Both the position numbers and the translations under genes were made by a program. Shown here piece after piece: positions 1 through 10,874 of a stretch of 64,000 nucleotides of DNA (positions within the stretch are counted from its first letter, which is position 1; every line of letters begins with the position of its first letter). Origin of the DNA: a virus; the IMG/VR virus record IMGVR_UViG_3300046820_003928, positions 1 through 64,000 of that record; one strand, given 5' to 3'. Under the pieces are notes generated by a model. The model worked only from the letters and a program-made list of their open reading frames with translations, was not told where the DNA came from and did not search any database.

Positions 1-906
<906 letters not shown>

Positions 907-910
<4 letters not shown>

Positions 911-1710
911 CCGTAAATCGGTGCAAACGTCTTAGAGTAGTTCTTCCAGGCAGTCTCATTTACCATTGAGAAGAAACGCAATGAAGTCAGATTGCGGCGA
1001 AGAGAATCAAGGCTAACCTCGGGAGGACTGATCTCAAGCTCTTCGTGATTGACAATCTTGAGACGAATGAGCTGTAGATTGCGCTCATAAGATGCTCTGT
1101 TATCGCCCACGCTTAGAAACTCCTCAAGCTTTTCTGGATTAGCAAGGATCTTTTCTGCTGCTTTGTCTGTCATTCCTGCAACTGCAGGGACATTGTCGGC
1201 TTTGTCGCCTCGTAGCGCTTTCCACGCGACATAGTCATAAAGAACGCCTTCAATGTATTCCTTTCTAACGGGATTGTAGAGGTGAGCATTGTCCCTGCTT
1301 AGCAGCTGGATAAAGTCTGTGTCTGTTGACACAACAGTGCATTCATCCTCAGCATGTTGATCTACGAGGGATGCAATCACATCATCGCATTCAAAATTAG
1401 GATGCCTAACAACCGTAATGGGAAGATATCGAAGTAGATCGACTATGATCTTCTTCTGCCGTCGAAATTCAACCATCTCATCCCACTGGGGCGTTCCTTC
1501 CTCGACGCGACGATTTGCCTTGTATTCTGTATCAAGAGCCTGCCGGTGGACTGGCATTCCCTCGAGAACAAGGTAGATCTTATCAGGAGAAAGCTTCTCA
1601 ACGAGGGGACGTAAGCTTCGAAAGAATGTAAAGACAATGCTGTTGTCTCCTTTCATTCCAAAGCGGGCCCGATGCATCAGATTATACCCATCAAGAATCG
1701 CAATCTTCAC
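907..1710 (-). CDS. 5'-3' exonuclease/flap endonuclease (PolA N-terminal/T4 RNase H-like), paralogue 1
   Basis: ILDGYNLMHRA, YKANR, ECDDVIA, STDTDFIQL, ALRGDKADNVP motifs. Confidence 0.92.
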
Positions 1711-1740
1711 TGGTCACCTCTATGTAAGCATCATACCACA

Positions 1741-2073
1741 CTAGTCCTCTTCCCGCACGGGACCAGGGTCGGTGCCACGATCAGGAGCATCAAAGGATCG
1801 AGAGACGTTTCGAGCTCTCTCGATGATGCCATCAATTGTCCGCATTGCATTCTCAGACATGTGAGATCTTAAATCAGCAGGAGAAGTAAAGACAGAGACG
1901 TCAAGCTCAGCAAGATCAACAACAGTTCGCTCCTTGTTGGGTAGCGAAACCTTGTAAGATACCACCTCAGATCCAACCCGTCTGCGAACTATCTCCTCTT
2001 CAATCCGCGCAGGAAAGACCTTCATTTCTCTGTTATCAAGAAGAAAGACGATGCTACCAACTTCATGTTTCAT
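1741..2073 (-). CDS. Hypothetical protein (110 aa)
   Basis: ORF with upstream GGAG; co-oriented with neighbours. Confidence 0.75.
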   Translation of the reverse strand: MKHEVGSIVFLLDNREMKVFPARIEEEIVRRRVGSEVVSYKVSLPNKERTVVDLAELDVSVFTSPADLRSHMSENAMRTIDGIIERARNVSRSFDAPDRGTDPGPVREED

Positions 2074-2122
2074 AAAAAAGCTCCAGCCCCTAATGATAGT
2101 GGGCTGGAGCCTAATTTTTCAA
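2074..2122 (-). terminator. Intrinsic terminator overlapping a sigma70-like promoter
   Basis: 10-bp perfect stem GCTCCAGCCC/GGGCTGGAGC followed by T6 on the minus strand; TTGAAA-18-TATCAT lies across it. Confidence 0.75.
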
Positions 2123-2134
2123 TTTTATCTGTGA

Positions 2135-2584
2135 TTACTTCTTAAAGCCAATTCCAAATCCACCGCGAGAGATCTGGCCTGCGCGAGAAGCTGTGGGCTT
2201 GTCAGCACCGTAGACCCATGAACCGCTCTTGTCGCTCAGAGCGCGACGGATCTCATCACGAACTGCATCGCGAACTGCTGATTCCTCGAGGCGCTGCTGG
2301 CGCATCTGAACGAGAGCCTCCATCAGCTCAGTCTCGTCGATGTCATAGGTCTCCTCATCGCTGAACTCCATCTCATCAGCTTCATCATAGGAGCCCATCT
2401 CGTCCATTGATGTGCCATCGGGTGTCATCTCAGCTGCGTCCTCTTCAGACATCTTCTTTTCTGCTGCAGGAGCCACCTTGCTGTGGGCTGCGGCTGCAGC
2501 TGGAACGACTGCCTCAGAGAGAAGGCCACCGGTCGCAGCATCAAGGCCGGCGAGCTCACAAATACGGTTGACATCAAAACGCAT
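2135..2584 (-). CDS. Acidic hypothetical protein, probably virion or head-associated
   Basis: ATG at 2584 with AGGAG RBS; very acidic middle region; preceded by GATAGTTA motif. Confidence 0.7.
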   Translation of the reverse strand: MRFDVNRICELAGLDAATGGLLSEAVVPAAAAAHSKVAPAAEKKMSEEDAAEMTPDGTSMDEMGSYDEADEMEFSDEETYDIDETELMEALVQMRQQRLEESAVRDAVRDEIRRALSDKSGSWVYGADKPTASRAGQISRGGFGIGFKK

Positions 2585-2621
2585 AAAGTCTCCTGCGATA
2601 ATCACTAACTATCAATTAGAA

Positions 2622-2948
2622 TCAATTGTTCCCAGAATTTTGTGATTTTTTTCTAGCTTTTTCAAGTGCAACCTGAACGGGATCAAGCCCAAGCGCGACT
2701 CGAACCTGGTCAAAGACTTCTTCAGATAGATTTGCCTTCAGTTCAGACATATCAGCGTACTGATGCATCACCCATTGCATCACTGGATACTCTACTCCTT
2801 CAGAATCTACCTCAGTCTCTTCTGTCTCTCTTGACTCATAGATGTAGAGAAGCTTAGGCATCTGTTGGTCGTTAGGAACGGGAATAAAAGGAAAATTCTG
2901 TGTCTGACCCTCTTGAGGATCCTCATACATGATCTCTGGCTGCCACAT
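2622..2948 (-). CDS. Hypothetical protein (108 aa)
   Basis: ORF with GAGGT RBS. Confidence 0.75.
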   Translation of the reverse strand: MWQPEIMYEDPQEGQTQNFPFIPVPNDQQMPKLLYIYESRETEETEVDSEGVEYPVMQWVMHQYADMSELKANLSEEVFDQVRVALGLDPVQVALEKARKKSQNSGNN

Positions 2949-2999
2949 GTTTACCTCGTATGCAGATTCTAATCAGAATCACTGCTGGGTAAAACTCAG

Positions 3000-3854
3000 C
3001 TATTCATCACTGATGGCTTCGTGGGCCGTCTTAAATGCGCCAATATTTGAAAACTGTCTTACAAGAGCATCTGTTACAGTGCTAACCTGTTGCATTTCAT
3101 CTTGATCTTTCGCAATGCTAGCAAGCTCCATAGAGGCATCTCCGATTGCGAACTGAATGTCAGCAGCATGCCTGGCGACAATCAATCGTGATGCCCAGGC
3201 CTTTGCTGCGGGATCTCCTCCGACGATATTGTCAATTTGCGACTTTAGAGGACTAAACTGTCTGATCTTTGAAATAACTGCGTCGTATTCACCTGAGGCA
3301 GTCCCTATGTTTGCAGACGTAAAGCTTTTTTGCAACGTGATACCTGATACATTTGACAATATTTTTTCAAAGTGTTCTCTAAATAATTTTATTTTTTCTG
3401 TCGTTGTCTTTGATGCATCATTTGTAGTATCTGAATCGAAGGCGATATCATTCATGAGATCGCTACTGTTCTTGGAGAATAATTCGCCGAGCTGAGATTC
3501 TATGTTCAGCATCTCATCTTCAGAATTTTGAACTTCCGTTTCTGCATTGTCGTCATTAGATTTCTTTCCGCTCTTCAGCCAGGAGAAAAGTGCAATACCT
3601 CCGACAACAGCAGATCCGATTCCTGCTCTTTTGCCCCATGCAGACTTTTTCCTGTTTCCGCTGAAGAGGCTCATCCTGCCTAAAAAGCTTAGACCTTTAC
3701 TGAACAAATTTTTAGAATAATTGTACGCCTTGCTGATTATTCCTTTTTCTTCTGAACTGGAGACAGCACGTTCGATGCCACCTTTCATCCAGGTCGTCTG
3801 TTCAATCTCTACAAGTAGAGACTCTCTAATGAAGTGTCTCAGAGTATCGCTCAT
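3000..3854 (-). CDS. Hypothetical protein with one hydrophobic helix
   Basis: 284-aa ORF; N-terminal LRHFIRESLLVE leader; GIGSAVVGGIALFSWL segment. Confidence 0.75.
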   Translation of the reverse strand: MSDTLRHFIRESLLVEIEQTTWMKGGIERAVSSSEEKGIISKAYNYSKNLFSKGLSFLGRMSLFSGNRKKSAWGKRAGIGSAVVGGIALFSWLKSGKKSNDDNAETEVQNSEDEMLNIESQLGELFSKNSSDLMNDIAFDSDTTNDASKTTTEKIKLFREHFEKILSNVSGITLQKSFTSANIGTASGEYDAVISKIRQFSPLKSQIDNIVGGDPAAKAWASRLIVARHAADIQFAIGDASMELASIAKDQDEMQQVSTVTDALVRQFSNIGAFKTAHEAISDE

Positions 3855-4066
3855 AGATCATCCTCAGATAGCAGACCCAGGTTGAGACCGTGCTTAGCTG
3901 CTCGGCGCTTTAGATCTCGAAGGCTTTCCATGGCACGGCTAATCGTGAAGCGCTCCTTGCGATCAAATTTGCTCAGATGTTTTCTGACACCATCGAGGTT
4001 CCCCAGGATCTCATCAAGTTCCTGGAGATACTCAATTGTGCCGTAATTCTCAGGTATCTTTGCCAT
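3851..4066 (-). CDS. Hypothetical protein (71 aa)
   Basis: Overlapping, coupled ORF. Confidence 0.7.
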   Translation of the reverse strand: MAKIPENYGTIEYLQELDEILGNLDGVRKHLSKFDRKERFTISRAMESLRDLKRRAAKHGLNLGLLSEDDL

Positions 4067-4256
4067 CAGGTGTTACATATTCAGCTGCTGCTCGATCGAG
4101 TGCGACGTTTGAGGCTTCTTTAAAAAATCCAAAGATCATCTCGTTGCTAACGCTACTAGGTGCAACTCCGACGCGCTGTGCAACGATTTCAACAAGCTGA
4201 TCAGAAACCTCGATCTCAATGTCACCCACTGGACTCTGGCTCGTTATCTTTCTCAT
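4050..4256 (-). CDS. Hypothetical protein (68 aa)
   Basis: Co-oriented ORF tiling the operon. Confidence 0.7.
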   Translation of the reverse strand: MRKITSQSPVGDIEIEVSDQLVEIVAQRVGVAPSSVSNEMIFGFFKEASNVALDRAAAEYVTPDGKDT

Positions 4257-4268
4257 AGAGAAAGTCTA

Positions 4269-4967
4269 TTACCTGGTACGACCCAGTAAATCCCTTATCT
4301 TTGCACGATAGGCCTCAGAGACCGGCTCTCCTACGCGAATAGGAGGAGTAGTGTCCTCCTCGCCGGCTGGAGCAGAGGATGCTGCAGGAGCGGATTTCTT
4401 TGCTGCAGGAGCTGCAACCTGAGCTGCACCGCCCTCTGCGGGCTTCTTGGTTGTTAGAATATCGTATTGCTCGGGCTCAGGTGCCTGTGCACCTACTAGA
4501 TTCTGCTGCATTATTCCAGCGATGCTACGCATCATAACGATCAGAGAGATGCGTTCTGCTTCGTCAAGTCGATCGAAATAAGCAGTAAGTTCTGCCTCGA
4601 CAGCACTATCAGATGCACCACGCCCGCCACGCATTTCTTTGATGGCATCGACTAGGGCGCTTAGTGTGGGATTGAGCTCAGATGTGTCTGCTGTTGCAGG
4701 TGTCGGAGCTGCAGGAGGCTTCGCAGCAGCAGGTGCCTCTTCCGGAGATGCAGCAGGAGGTGCCTTCTTCTCAGGGGCGGCAGGCGCTGCAGACTTCTCT
4801 GGATCCTCTTCTGTTAGGGCTGCTTTGTCGCGCTGGATGCTGCGAGCCATTGACTTCTGTCGAGAAGGCTCATCAGCAACAGCACGAGCTTGCATGACGC
4901 TCTCTTCGGCAAGAATCTTTAGAAACTTCTCAAGCTCTGATGCAGAGCCTAGCTTGATTGTGCTCAC
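4269..4967 (-). CDS. Ala/Pro-rich hypothetical protein
   Basis: 232-aa ORF with two low-complexity A/P linkers. Confidence 0.75.
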   Translation of the reverse strand: MSTIKLGSASELEKFLKILAEESVMQARAVADEPSRQKSMARSIQRDKAALTEEDPEKSAAPAAPEKKAPPAASPEEAPAAAKPPAAPTPATADTSELNPTLSALVDAIKEMRGGRGASDSAVEAELTAYFDRLDEAERISLIVMMRSIAGIMQQNLVGAQAPEPEQYDILTTKKPAEGGAAQVAAPAAKKSAPAASSAPAGEEDTTPPIRVGEPVSEAYRAKIRDLLGRTR

Positions 4968-5137
4968 TTGTCACCCCGATAGACGACGCGATTCTGCGGG
5001 AGCTCACGATATAGCTTGTTATAGCGACGTTGTGGGTGGTCTTCCTGTCCACGTCCATACTCTTCAAGGCGACGTTGCGTCTCTTCCTCGCGTCTGCAGA
5101 TGTCGTCTACAAACTTATCAAATGTAAAGTCTTCCAT
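4964..5137 (-). CDS. Small hypothetical protein (57 aa), below ORF-track cutoff
   Basis: MEDFTFDKFVDDICRREEETQRRLEEY...RGDK*; GGAG RBS; GTGA overlap with next gene. Confidence 0.75.
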   Translation of the reverse strand: MEDFTFDKFVDDICRREEETQRRLEEYGRGQEDHPQRRYNKLYRELPQNRVVYRGDK

Positions 5138-5156
5138 GGGGATTTCTCCGTTTCTA

Positions 5157-5486
5157 CTACTTATCTCGAACGATCATGCTAATTATAACACGACCGCCAC
5201 GAGGTAGAAATTCATAACCAACTTGAGCAATTCTACCAGATGCAACGAATGCTCCGTCAGCAAGTTCGATCTTTACATCAGCATTTTCTCTCAGATTAAG
5301 GATGCTAATTGCGTCATTGGGATTTCCGGACGCATAGACCCTAACAGACTTTCTATCAGTAATAAAACCGTCAATGGCATATGTCGTTCCATTGACATCA
5401 ATCTTTCCAAGAAAGTCAAAACCTTCATCTTCGAGAGAGTTCACATCAATGATGTCTGCAATTGAATCACTAAAAAGAAGGCTCAC
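5157..5486 (-). CDS. Hypothetical protein
   Basis: Track ORF 5157..5543; GTG at 5486 is the more likely start. Confidence 0.65.
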   Translation of the reverse strand: MSLLFSDSIADIIDVNSLEDEGFDFLGKIDVNGTTYAIDGFITDRKSVRVYASGNPNDAISILNLRENADVKIELADGAFVASGRIAQVGYEFLPRGGRVIISMIVRDK

Positions 5487-5850
5487 TGTAGTCGTCCCTT
5501 GCGTATTTTGAATCAGCAAAAATCTGATCGCACATTCTGGCAATCTGTAGATCCATCTCAGTCACGTCCATCAGGTCTCGTGTGTATGTCTCAATCAAGA
5601 CGTCTGATTCTTCAATGGTTATCTTGATGCCATGCTGCCAGGTCTCAGGAAGCTCCATAACACCGGATACAAAGGCCCGCTGTGAGGTGGGACGTTGGAA
5701 GCTATAGATCTTTGCAATTCGAAATGGGTTCTCAAGGTGCTCCCAGTTCTTCTTTCTGATCTTTACAGGCATCTCAGAAGCACCAGTAATCGAGTCGAGA
5801 CCCAGATCGGGACTTCTTATTGATTCTTTAAGAAAATAGAAACTTGCCAC
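5470..5850 (-). CDS. Pterin-4a-carbinolamine dehydratase (PCD/PhhB)-fold protein, degenerate
   Basis: W...IAKIYSF...AFVSGV...V.IETYTRD...VTEMDLQIARMCDQI matches the PCD pattern; HHP and THD histidines are mostly lost. Confidence 0.7.
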   Translation of the reverse strand: MASFYFLKESIRSPDLGLDSITGASEMPVKIRKKNWEHLENPFRIAKIYSFQRPTSQRAFVSGVMELPETWQHGIKITIEESDVLIETYTRDLMDVTEMDLQIARMCDQIFADSKYARDDYSEPSF

Positions 5851-5852
5851 GA

Positions 5853-8267
5853 TTACTTCTTCTTGGATCCCTGCTTGGGTTTGACCTTCAGCAAGGAGTC
5901 GACAGTTGCAGAAATCTTAGGTGCTATTTTGTTGAAAGCAGGATCGTCCTCAGCTGTCATTTGCATATCAGTTACAAACTTCTTGATGTAGTTGAGAACA
6001 GGCTTTGCAGCTGGATCGCTGATGTCACTTAAATCGACAAAGTCTGGTGACATAATCATTATAAAATTATCAATTGCTTCTTCGACTTTTGCATCGATGT
6101 TCCTTTGGACTCTTTGGCTTAGGCCTTTCTTTAGTCTAGCCGACATCAACGGAGAAACGATGTCAAAAATCTTTTTGGGGTCTTTGCTAAATGTATTTGC
6201 CAAACCCGATACTCCCTCTATCCCGTTTGATATGAGTAGCGCTCTGTAATCAGTGAAGAATCTGGTTGGATCTTTCTCAATCCCAGTGGCAATCTGTTTG
6301 GCGACTATCATTTTAAGCTTTTCAGGATTAGATATGTCATCAGCAAAATCAACTTTTCCTGACATCTCTTGCAATCTTGTGGTAACATCAATTGCCTTCA
6401 TGAAGGCAACGGGCGTCTTTAGATATTGGAAGATTGCGCGGAGTCGTCCTTTATCTTCGATTCCAAGCAGTCTAAAGCGACCCTCAAAAGACGACAGCGT
6501 CTTCTCATCTTTGGTCTCAACTGCCTTTCTAATCTTAGCAAAATCTGGCATAACTTCATCAAAGAGATCCGAATTATTTGTCAAGACTTCTTTGATAACT
6601 CCGTTAAAGAAGTTAATAAATGCAGCCCTATCATCGACGTTTTCTATGAAGTTTTCATAGCTATCAAAGGCAAATAGCTCGAGAACGTCATCGATTCCTA
6701 TTTCGATGTCTGGATTGTTATCAAGCATTGTGTCAACAACGTCTCTCATTGCCGGCTCAATAGCGGACCCAAAGAATTCTTTGGAAAGCTTTCCTACACC
6801 CAGCGCAACTGGGTCGCTTACAAAGACTCCCTCGTCTGTAACTGTGTATTTGTCATCAGACTCTTCAGAGAAAATATCTCTCAAATAATCCATGTCACCG
6901 ACTTCGTAATATGGACCCCTCTCCTTGTCAAGAACTGCGACAACCTTTGAAAGAACAACATCCTTTTCGTCTTCTGACAGATTATCAAAATCGGAAAGAG
7001 TCATGCTGGGATCAAGACTGCCAAGTATCTTCTCAAGCTTCTTTGGATCGTCCTCTCTCATTGATACAGCACTAGTCTTTGCAAGTCCTATAGAGAGAGA
7101 CTTTTGCATCGTGGCTGATCTTTTCTTCTTTTCGGAATCAGTAACCTTTTCCTGCTCTTTATCTTCTGCATTTCTCTGCTTTCTAGTGAGGTCTGCAAGT
7201 GCTTGATCGTGCATCTTTCGCCTTTCAGCCTGGAACGCCTCTCTAAAAGCATCAATATACTCCTGCTCAGAGAACGGAAAATTATTCAGAAGATAGTAGA
7301 TCTGGTCTATCTCTTTTCCATTCTGGTCTACGGTGTAAACCTCGATTGGCCCACCAGTGTGCACTATTGGAAGAAGCTTTCCTTTTAGTTTCTCTCTTTG
7401 CGCAAGGTCTTCAAATTTGACCCTTACTACGACTGTGGGAAGATCAAATCCCTTTGGCACAACATTTGAAATTGTTTCAGTTGAAATCTTTATCTGTGCC
7501 TGATCAAATGTACTTGGCAACTCAAGATCTGCCTTCAAGAAGGCGTCAAGAAGCCTGCTAGCATCTCCCGCAATAACGGTCGATAGCGGAACTTTTACCT
7601 GATCTCTTATCTGCCTCATGGCAATCAGATCAGGGGCAGCTGTCCATCTCTGGCGCATCAACTCTAGCTCATCAATAGTTGTGCTATCGAGTTTCTTTCC
7701 GCCAATTGATACAATTGGTGCTTCTCCGGCCTTTGCTCTTGCAATCTTTCCAGCAACCTTTGCAGCTTTCTTGGCTTCGACTGATTTTCTCTTTGGGGGA
7801 CCACCAGGTGCATCGTAAGTTGGCCCAGCACGAAACCCAGTTTCAGGTTTCTCGTCATTGTCTTCGTCCCCGTCTGGAACGAACATCCCAAGCTTTGCCT
7901 CTTTTGCAATAATTGGCCGAAGGGCCTCCATCAGGTCTGTCTCACTCATACCCTTGTATTGTTTGGGCTCAGACGACTTTCTTAGTAGCTTCTTTAGACC
8001 TGCGTAAAAGCCTTGGATCTTTCCAGGTGAGACCTCCCGGGCAATCTCAGATGCTGCCTTTGACAGCTGAAGCTTGTTGACAGGAAGAAAGTCTGGATCC
8101 TCAACTGGGACACGCTGTGTTGAGAGCTGTGTTGCCATTTGAGCATCTGGCAGGACAGGGTGATCATCTCCTGCAATCTGGTCTATTCTTCTGCTGTGAT
8201 ATCCGCGCTCTTCTGCCAGCTGCTTGACAATCTGATCAAGCGCGCTCTTTTTGACAACAACCTTCAT
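5853..8267 (-). CDS. Large helical hypothetical protein, probably virion-associated
   Basis: 804-aa ORF; GATAGTTA motif upstream; N-terminal leader KKSALDQIVKQLAEE. Confidence 0.8.
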   Translation of the reverse strand: MKVVVKKSALDQIVKQLAEERGYHSRRIDQIAGDDHPVLPDAQMATQLSTQRVPVEDPDFLPVNKLQLSKAASEIAREVSPGKIQGFYAGLKKLLRKSSEPKQYKGMSETDLMEALRPIIAKEAKLGMFVPDGDEDNDEKPETGFRAGPTYDAPGGPPKRKSVEAKKAAKVAGKIARAKAGEAPIVSIGGKKLDSTTIDELELMRQRWTAAPDLIAMRQIRDQVKVPLSTVIAGDASRLLDAFLKADLELPSTFDQAQIKISTETISNVVPKGFDLPTVVVRVKFEDLAQREKLKGKLLPIVHTGGPIEVYTVDQNGKEIDQIYYLLNNFPFSEQEYIDAFREAFQAERRKMHDQALADLTRKQRNAEDKEQEKVTDSEKKKRSATMQKSLSIGLAKTSAVSMREDDPKKLEKILGSLDPSMTLSDFDNLSEDEKDVVLSKVVAVLDKERGPYYEVGDMDYLRDIFSEESDDKYTVTDEGVFVSDPVALGVGKLSKEFFGSAIEPAMRDVVDTMLDNNPDIEIGIDDVLELFAFDSYENFIENVDDRAAFINFFNGVIKEVLTNNSDLFDEVMPDFAKIRKAVETKDEKTLSSFEGRFRLLGIEDKGRLRAIFQYLKTPVAFMKAIDVTTRLQEMSGKVDFADDISNPEKLKMIVAKQIATGIEKDPTRFFTDYRALLISNGIEGVSGLANTFSKDPKKIFDIVSPLMSARLKKGLSQRVQRNIDAKVEEAIDNFIMIMSPDFVDLSDISDPAAKPVLNYIKKFVTDMQMTAEDDPAFNKIAPKISATVDSLLKVKPKQGSKKK

Positions 8268-8302
8268 TTGGCACCCATTTGATTGCTAACTATCACTTTC
8301 CG

Positions 8303-8578
8303 TTAATTTGTGAACTCTGGGCCAGAACTCTTCTTAGTAGTTGCTGGTTTCTTTTTCTCTTTTTGCGACAGAAGATCCGAGATCTCGTTGAGAAGTCTTG
8401 CCTGGATAATTGCAAGTGTCGCAAGAGCACGTGAATTTTCCTTGAGATCAGACTGAATCTGATTTAGTCTGGCATTGATTTCGTCTTGTCCGTCCTGCAG
8501 TCTTTGCAATTGGGCATCTACTGCTAGATCTCTTTCCTTGTCGACAAAGAGATTCTTAAGCTCTTCTTTTAATCTCAT
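8303..8578 (-). CDS. Coiled-coil hypothetical protein
   Basis: 91 aa, heptad-like; ATGA overlap. Confidence 0.7.
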   Translation of the reverse strand: MRLKEELKNLFVDKERDLAVDAQLQRLQDGQDEINARLNQIQSDLKENSRALATLAIIQARLLNEISDLLSQKEKKKPATTKKSSGPEFTN

Positions 8579-8883
8579 GTTGCATCCTTTAGCGGGCTTT
8601 CTAACTCCAGGATGCTATAGATTGCATCAGAGTCGGCTTCGTCAAGCTGCCTTAGCTGTCTATTCAGCTTTCTAGAAGCAGCAGATTCTAAGACTCCAAT
8701 GGCATCAGGACGTCCTATTGTTACAAGCCGAGCAAATTCTTCAAGAACTTCTTGCATGCTTAGATCGTGATTAAAGCATGCAATCCTAAACCCTGCATGA
8801 GAAGAGACAGACATGCTGACATGTATTGTCTTCTTGGTTGCAAGATTTACTAGCTTTCTTTCTCTGCTTGACTTTTTCTTCAT
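8575..8883 (-). CDS. Hypothetical protein (possibly ribbon-helix-helix-like)
   Basis: 102 aa; KKTIHVSMS strand followed by two helices (weak inference). Confidence 0.6.
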   Translation of the reverse strand: MKKKSSRERKLVNLATKKTIHVSMSVSSHAGFRIACFNHDLSMQEVLEEFARLVTIGRPDAIGVLESAASRKLNRQLRQLDEADSDAIYSILELESPLKDAT

Positions 8884-8889
8884 CTGACG

Positions 8890-9420
8890 TTAGCCGCCAG
8901 CAGACCCCTTACCTGCAGCACCGGGAGCAATTGGAACATCAATGATGTCATCCTCTCCATCAAGGTCGAAGCCATACTGATTATCAAGGATATCCTGCAT
9001 TTGATCGACGTAACTCTGATCGTAGTTTTCTCTGAGATATTTCATTGCACGTGCAACAATAACCTCTTGGACAGGAAGTAGATCTGTTGCATTATTCACA
9101 AGTCTTGCAATCTTGCTTGTGAAAACCTCGATATCAAGGGGCAACCTGGGCTCCTTGGCGTCGTCTTTCGTGGCATCAGCTGGCTTTGCGCCCTTTTCAG
9201 GGGTTGTCTCTTCTTCCTCAAGAAGGAATCCAAGTGAAAGATTGGCTAGTGATTCCATCAATTCATCAGATTCTTGGTCATCTTCTGATTTAAGAGATTC
9301 ACTTTCATATCGAACAATACGTGCATCAATCTCAGAATCAAGAGAATCAGCAGGTGGACCCGGGTCCTTCATCATTCCTGCAACGGGAGAATCGTTCATC
9401 TCCTCATCTATTCTTTTCAT
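8890..9420 (-). CDS. Acidic hypothetical protein
   Basis: 176 aa; ATGA overlap with the SOD-like gene. Confidence 0.75.
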   Translation of the reverse strand: MKRIDEEMNDSPVAGMMKDPGPPADSLDSEIDARIVRYESESLKSEDDQESDELMESLANLSLGFLLEEEETTPEKGAKPADATKDDAKEPRLPLDIEVFTSKIARLVNNATDLLPVQEVIVARAMKYLRENYDQSYVDQMQDILDNQYGFDLDGEDDIIDVPIAPGAAGKGSAGG

Positions 9421-10112
9421 GATGCACTCACCTTCATCGCCTGTGCGACCTTTTCAGCCTTCCTGATTCTCTCTTCTACAACAGTCCAATTAAGCTCCTT
9501 CATCATAGCATATGTGAAGGTCTTGACATCGGAAAGATAATCGCGGTAGTAAGCATGCTGCCAGACATCCATTACGATCACTGGAATACATCCAATCGGA
9601 ACCTGCTGGCTGTGCAAGTCGATGAATGTGTTCATGTATGTTTGTGTGAAGATGTTGTAATATGTCATCGCCCATCCGCATCTTGATGAAAGACAGCAAG
9701 CAATAAAATCTGACTGCCATCTGTCAAAGTCACCAAAATCTCGGGAAAGACGCATGAAAGACAGCGTGTCCATTGAGATGCTACTTGCAACATCGCTGAT
9801 GTTTGCAAAATAAAGCTCGTGGAGATACATCGCATTCATGTTATAGGTCTCATCTTGCTTGAGAGATCTAAACTGCGATCCATTTGATCGTGCGGAAGCA
9901 CGATCTACAGTGTCAAGCTCGGCACTGATTCTATTGAAAGATTCAACATATCCCTGATAAAGACCTTCATGGGCCTTCTTTGTTGCAGCACTCTGGAATT
10001 CTGTGGAAAGATTAAAAGCCTTCTCCTGTGCTACGAGAGCTTCATCAAGTGACGCTCTCTTTGCTCCAAGAGACTCACTGATTATCTTTGCAACATCTGA
10101 ATTTTTTATCAT
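9417..10112 (-). CDS. sod: Fe/Mn superoxide dismutase-family protein
   Basis: AHEGLYQGYV, LHELYFANI, DFGDF, GWA, PVIVMDVWQHAYY; the four metal ligands (H, H, D, H) are present. Confidence 0.9.
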   Translation of the reverse strand: MIKNSDVAKIISESLGAKRASLDEALVAQEKAFNLSTEFQSAATKKAHEGLYQGYVESFNRISAELDTVDRASARSNGSQFRSLKQDETYNMNAMYLHELYFANISDVASSISMDTLSFMRLSRDFGDFDRWQSDFIACCLSSRCGWAMTYYNIFTQTYMNTFIDLHSQQVPIGCIPVIVMDVWQHAYYRDYLSDVKTFTYAMMKELNWTVVEERIRKAEKVAQAMKVSAS

Positions 10113-10113
10113 C

Positions 10114-10377
10114 TTAAAGTCCTCGATACTGCTTAAAATCTGAGCTGTGAATCTCTATTGGATTTCCATCGCCTGCAGTTGCTGTGAGAATGGGCTTTCC
10201 TTTTTCAATTCTTACGTCTTTAACTGTATATGTCAGTCCAGACTTGATGTGTTCTAGCTTGAATCCAGGAGCAATAACAACCTGCTGATTTTTTCCTTTC
10301 CCAACAGTTGCCTTTAGATGCTCAGCAACTCGTGCTTCGACCATGGCCTCAATGTCTTTTGCAGAAATTATTTTCAT
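10114..10377 (-). CDS. Hypothetical protein (87 aa)
   Basis: Tiles the operon; leader KIISAKDIEAMVE. Confidence 0.75.
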   Translation of the reverse strand: MKIISAKDIEAMVEARVAEHLKATVGKGKNQQVVIAPGFKLEHIKSGLTYTVKDVRIEKGKPILTATAGDGNPIEIHSSDFKQYRGL

Positions 10378-10391
10378 ATCTTAATCCGCTT

Positions 10392-10874
10392 TCAGCTACT
10401 TATCTTCCTTACTAAAATTCCTGCGCTTCTCAAGAGATCAATTCCTCCAAAGTCGCGATATTCTTCTCTAAAGACGACTTCTTTTATGCCAGAATTGATG
10501 ATTGACTTGGCACACATTCTGCATGGACTCATACTGACATACATGATTTTTTTCTTAGGATTATTGTAATCAAGCTTGATAAGAGCATTTACCTCTGCAT
10601 GGATAAATCCAGATTCTCCGGGCATGTCAGATTCTCTCTGATTCTTTCCCCCCGAATGATCTCCGTTATAGCCAAGAGCAAGAAGCTGAGTGTTGTCGCT
10701 TGTTACAACAATGGCAGCAACTTTATGCACTGAATCTGCAGACCTCTTTTCGATAGTCTTGACAACATCCATCCAGACTTGATCCCAGGTTGGCCTTTGA
10801 TCTTGTGTGTGTCTTAGATCATCAAGGAAATCATTTCTCACTGGCAGCACCCTCAATGTCAAATATCGTCTCAA
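10392..10874 (-). CDS. dCMP deaminase
   Basis: LGYNG, HAEVNAL and SPCRMC zinc-deaminase motifs; true start probably GTG at 10841. Confidence 0.93.
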   Translation of the reverse strand: MRRYLTLRVLPVRNDFLDDLRHTQDQRPTWDQVWMDVVKTIEKRSADSVHKVAAIVVTSDNTQLLALGYNGDHSGGKNQRESDMPGESGFIHAEVNALIKLDYNNPKKKIMYVSMSPCRMCAKSIINSGIKEVVFREEYRDFGGIDLLRSAGILVRKISS

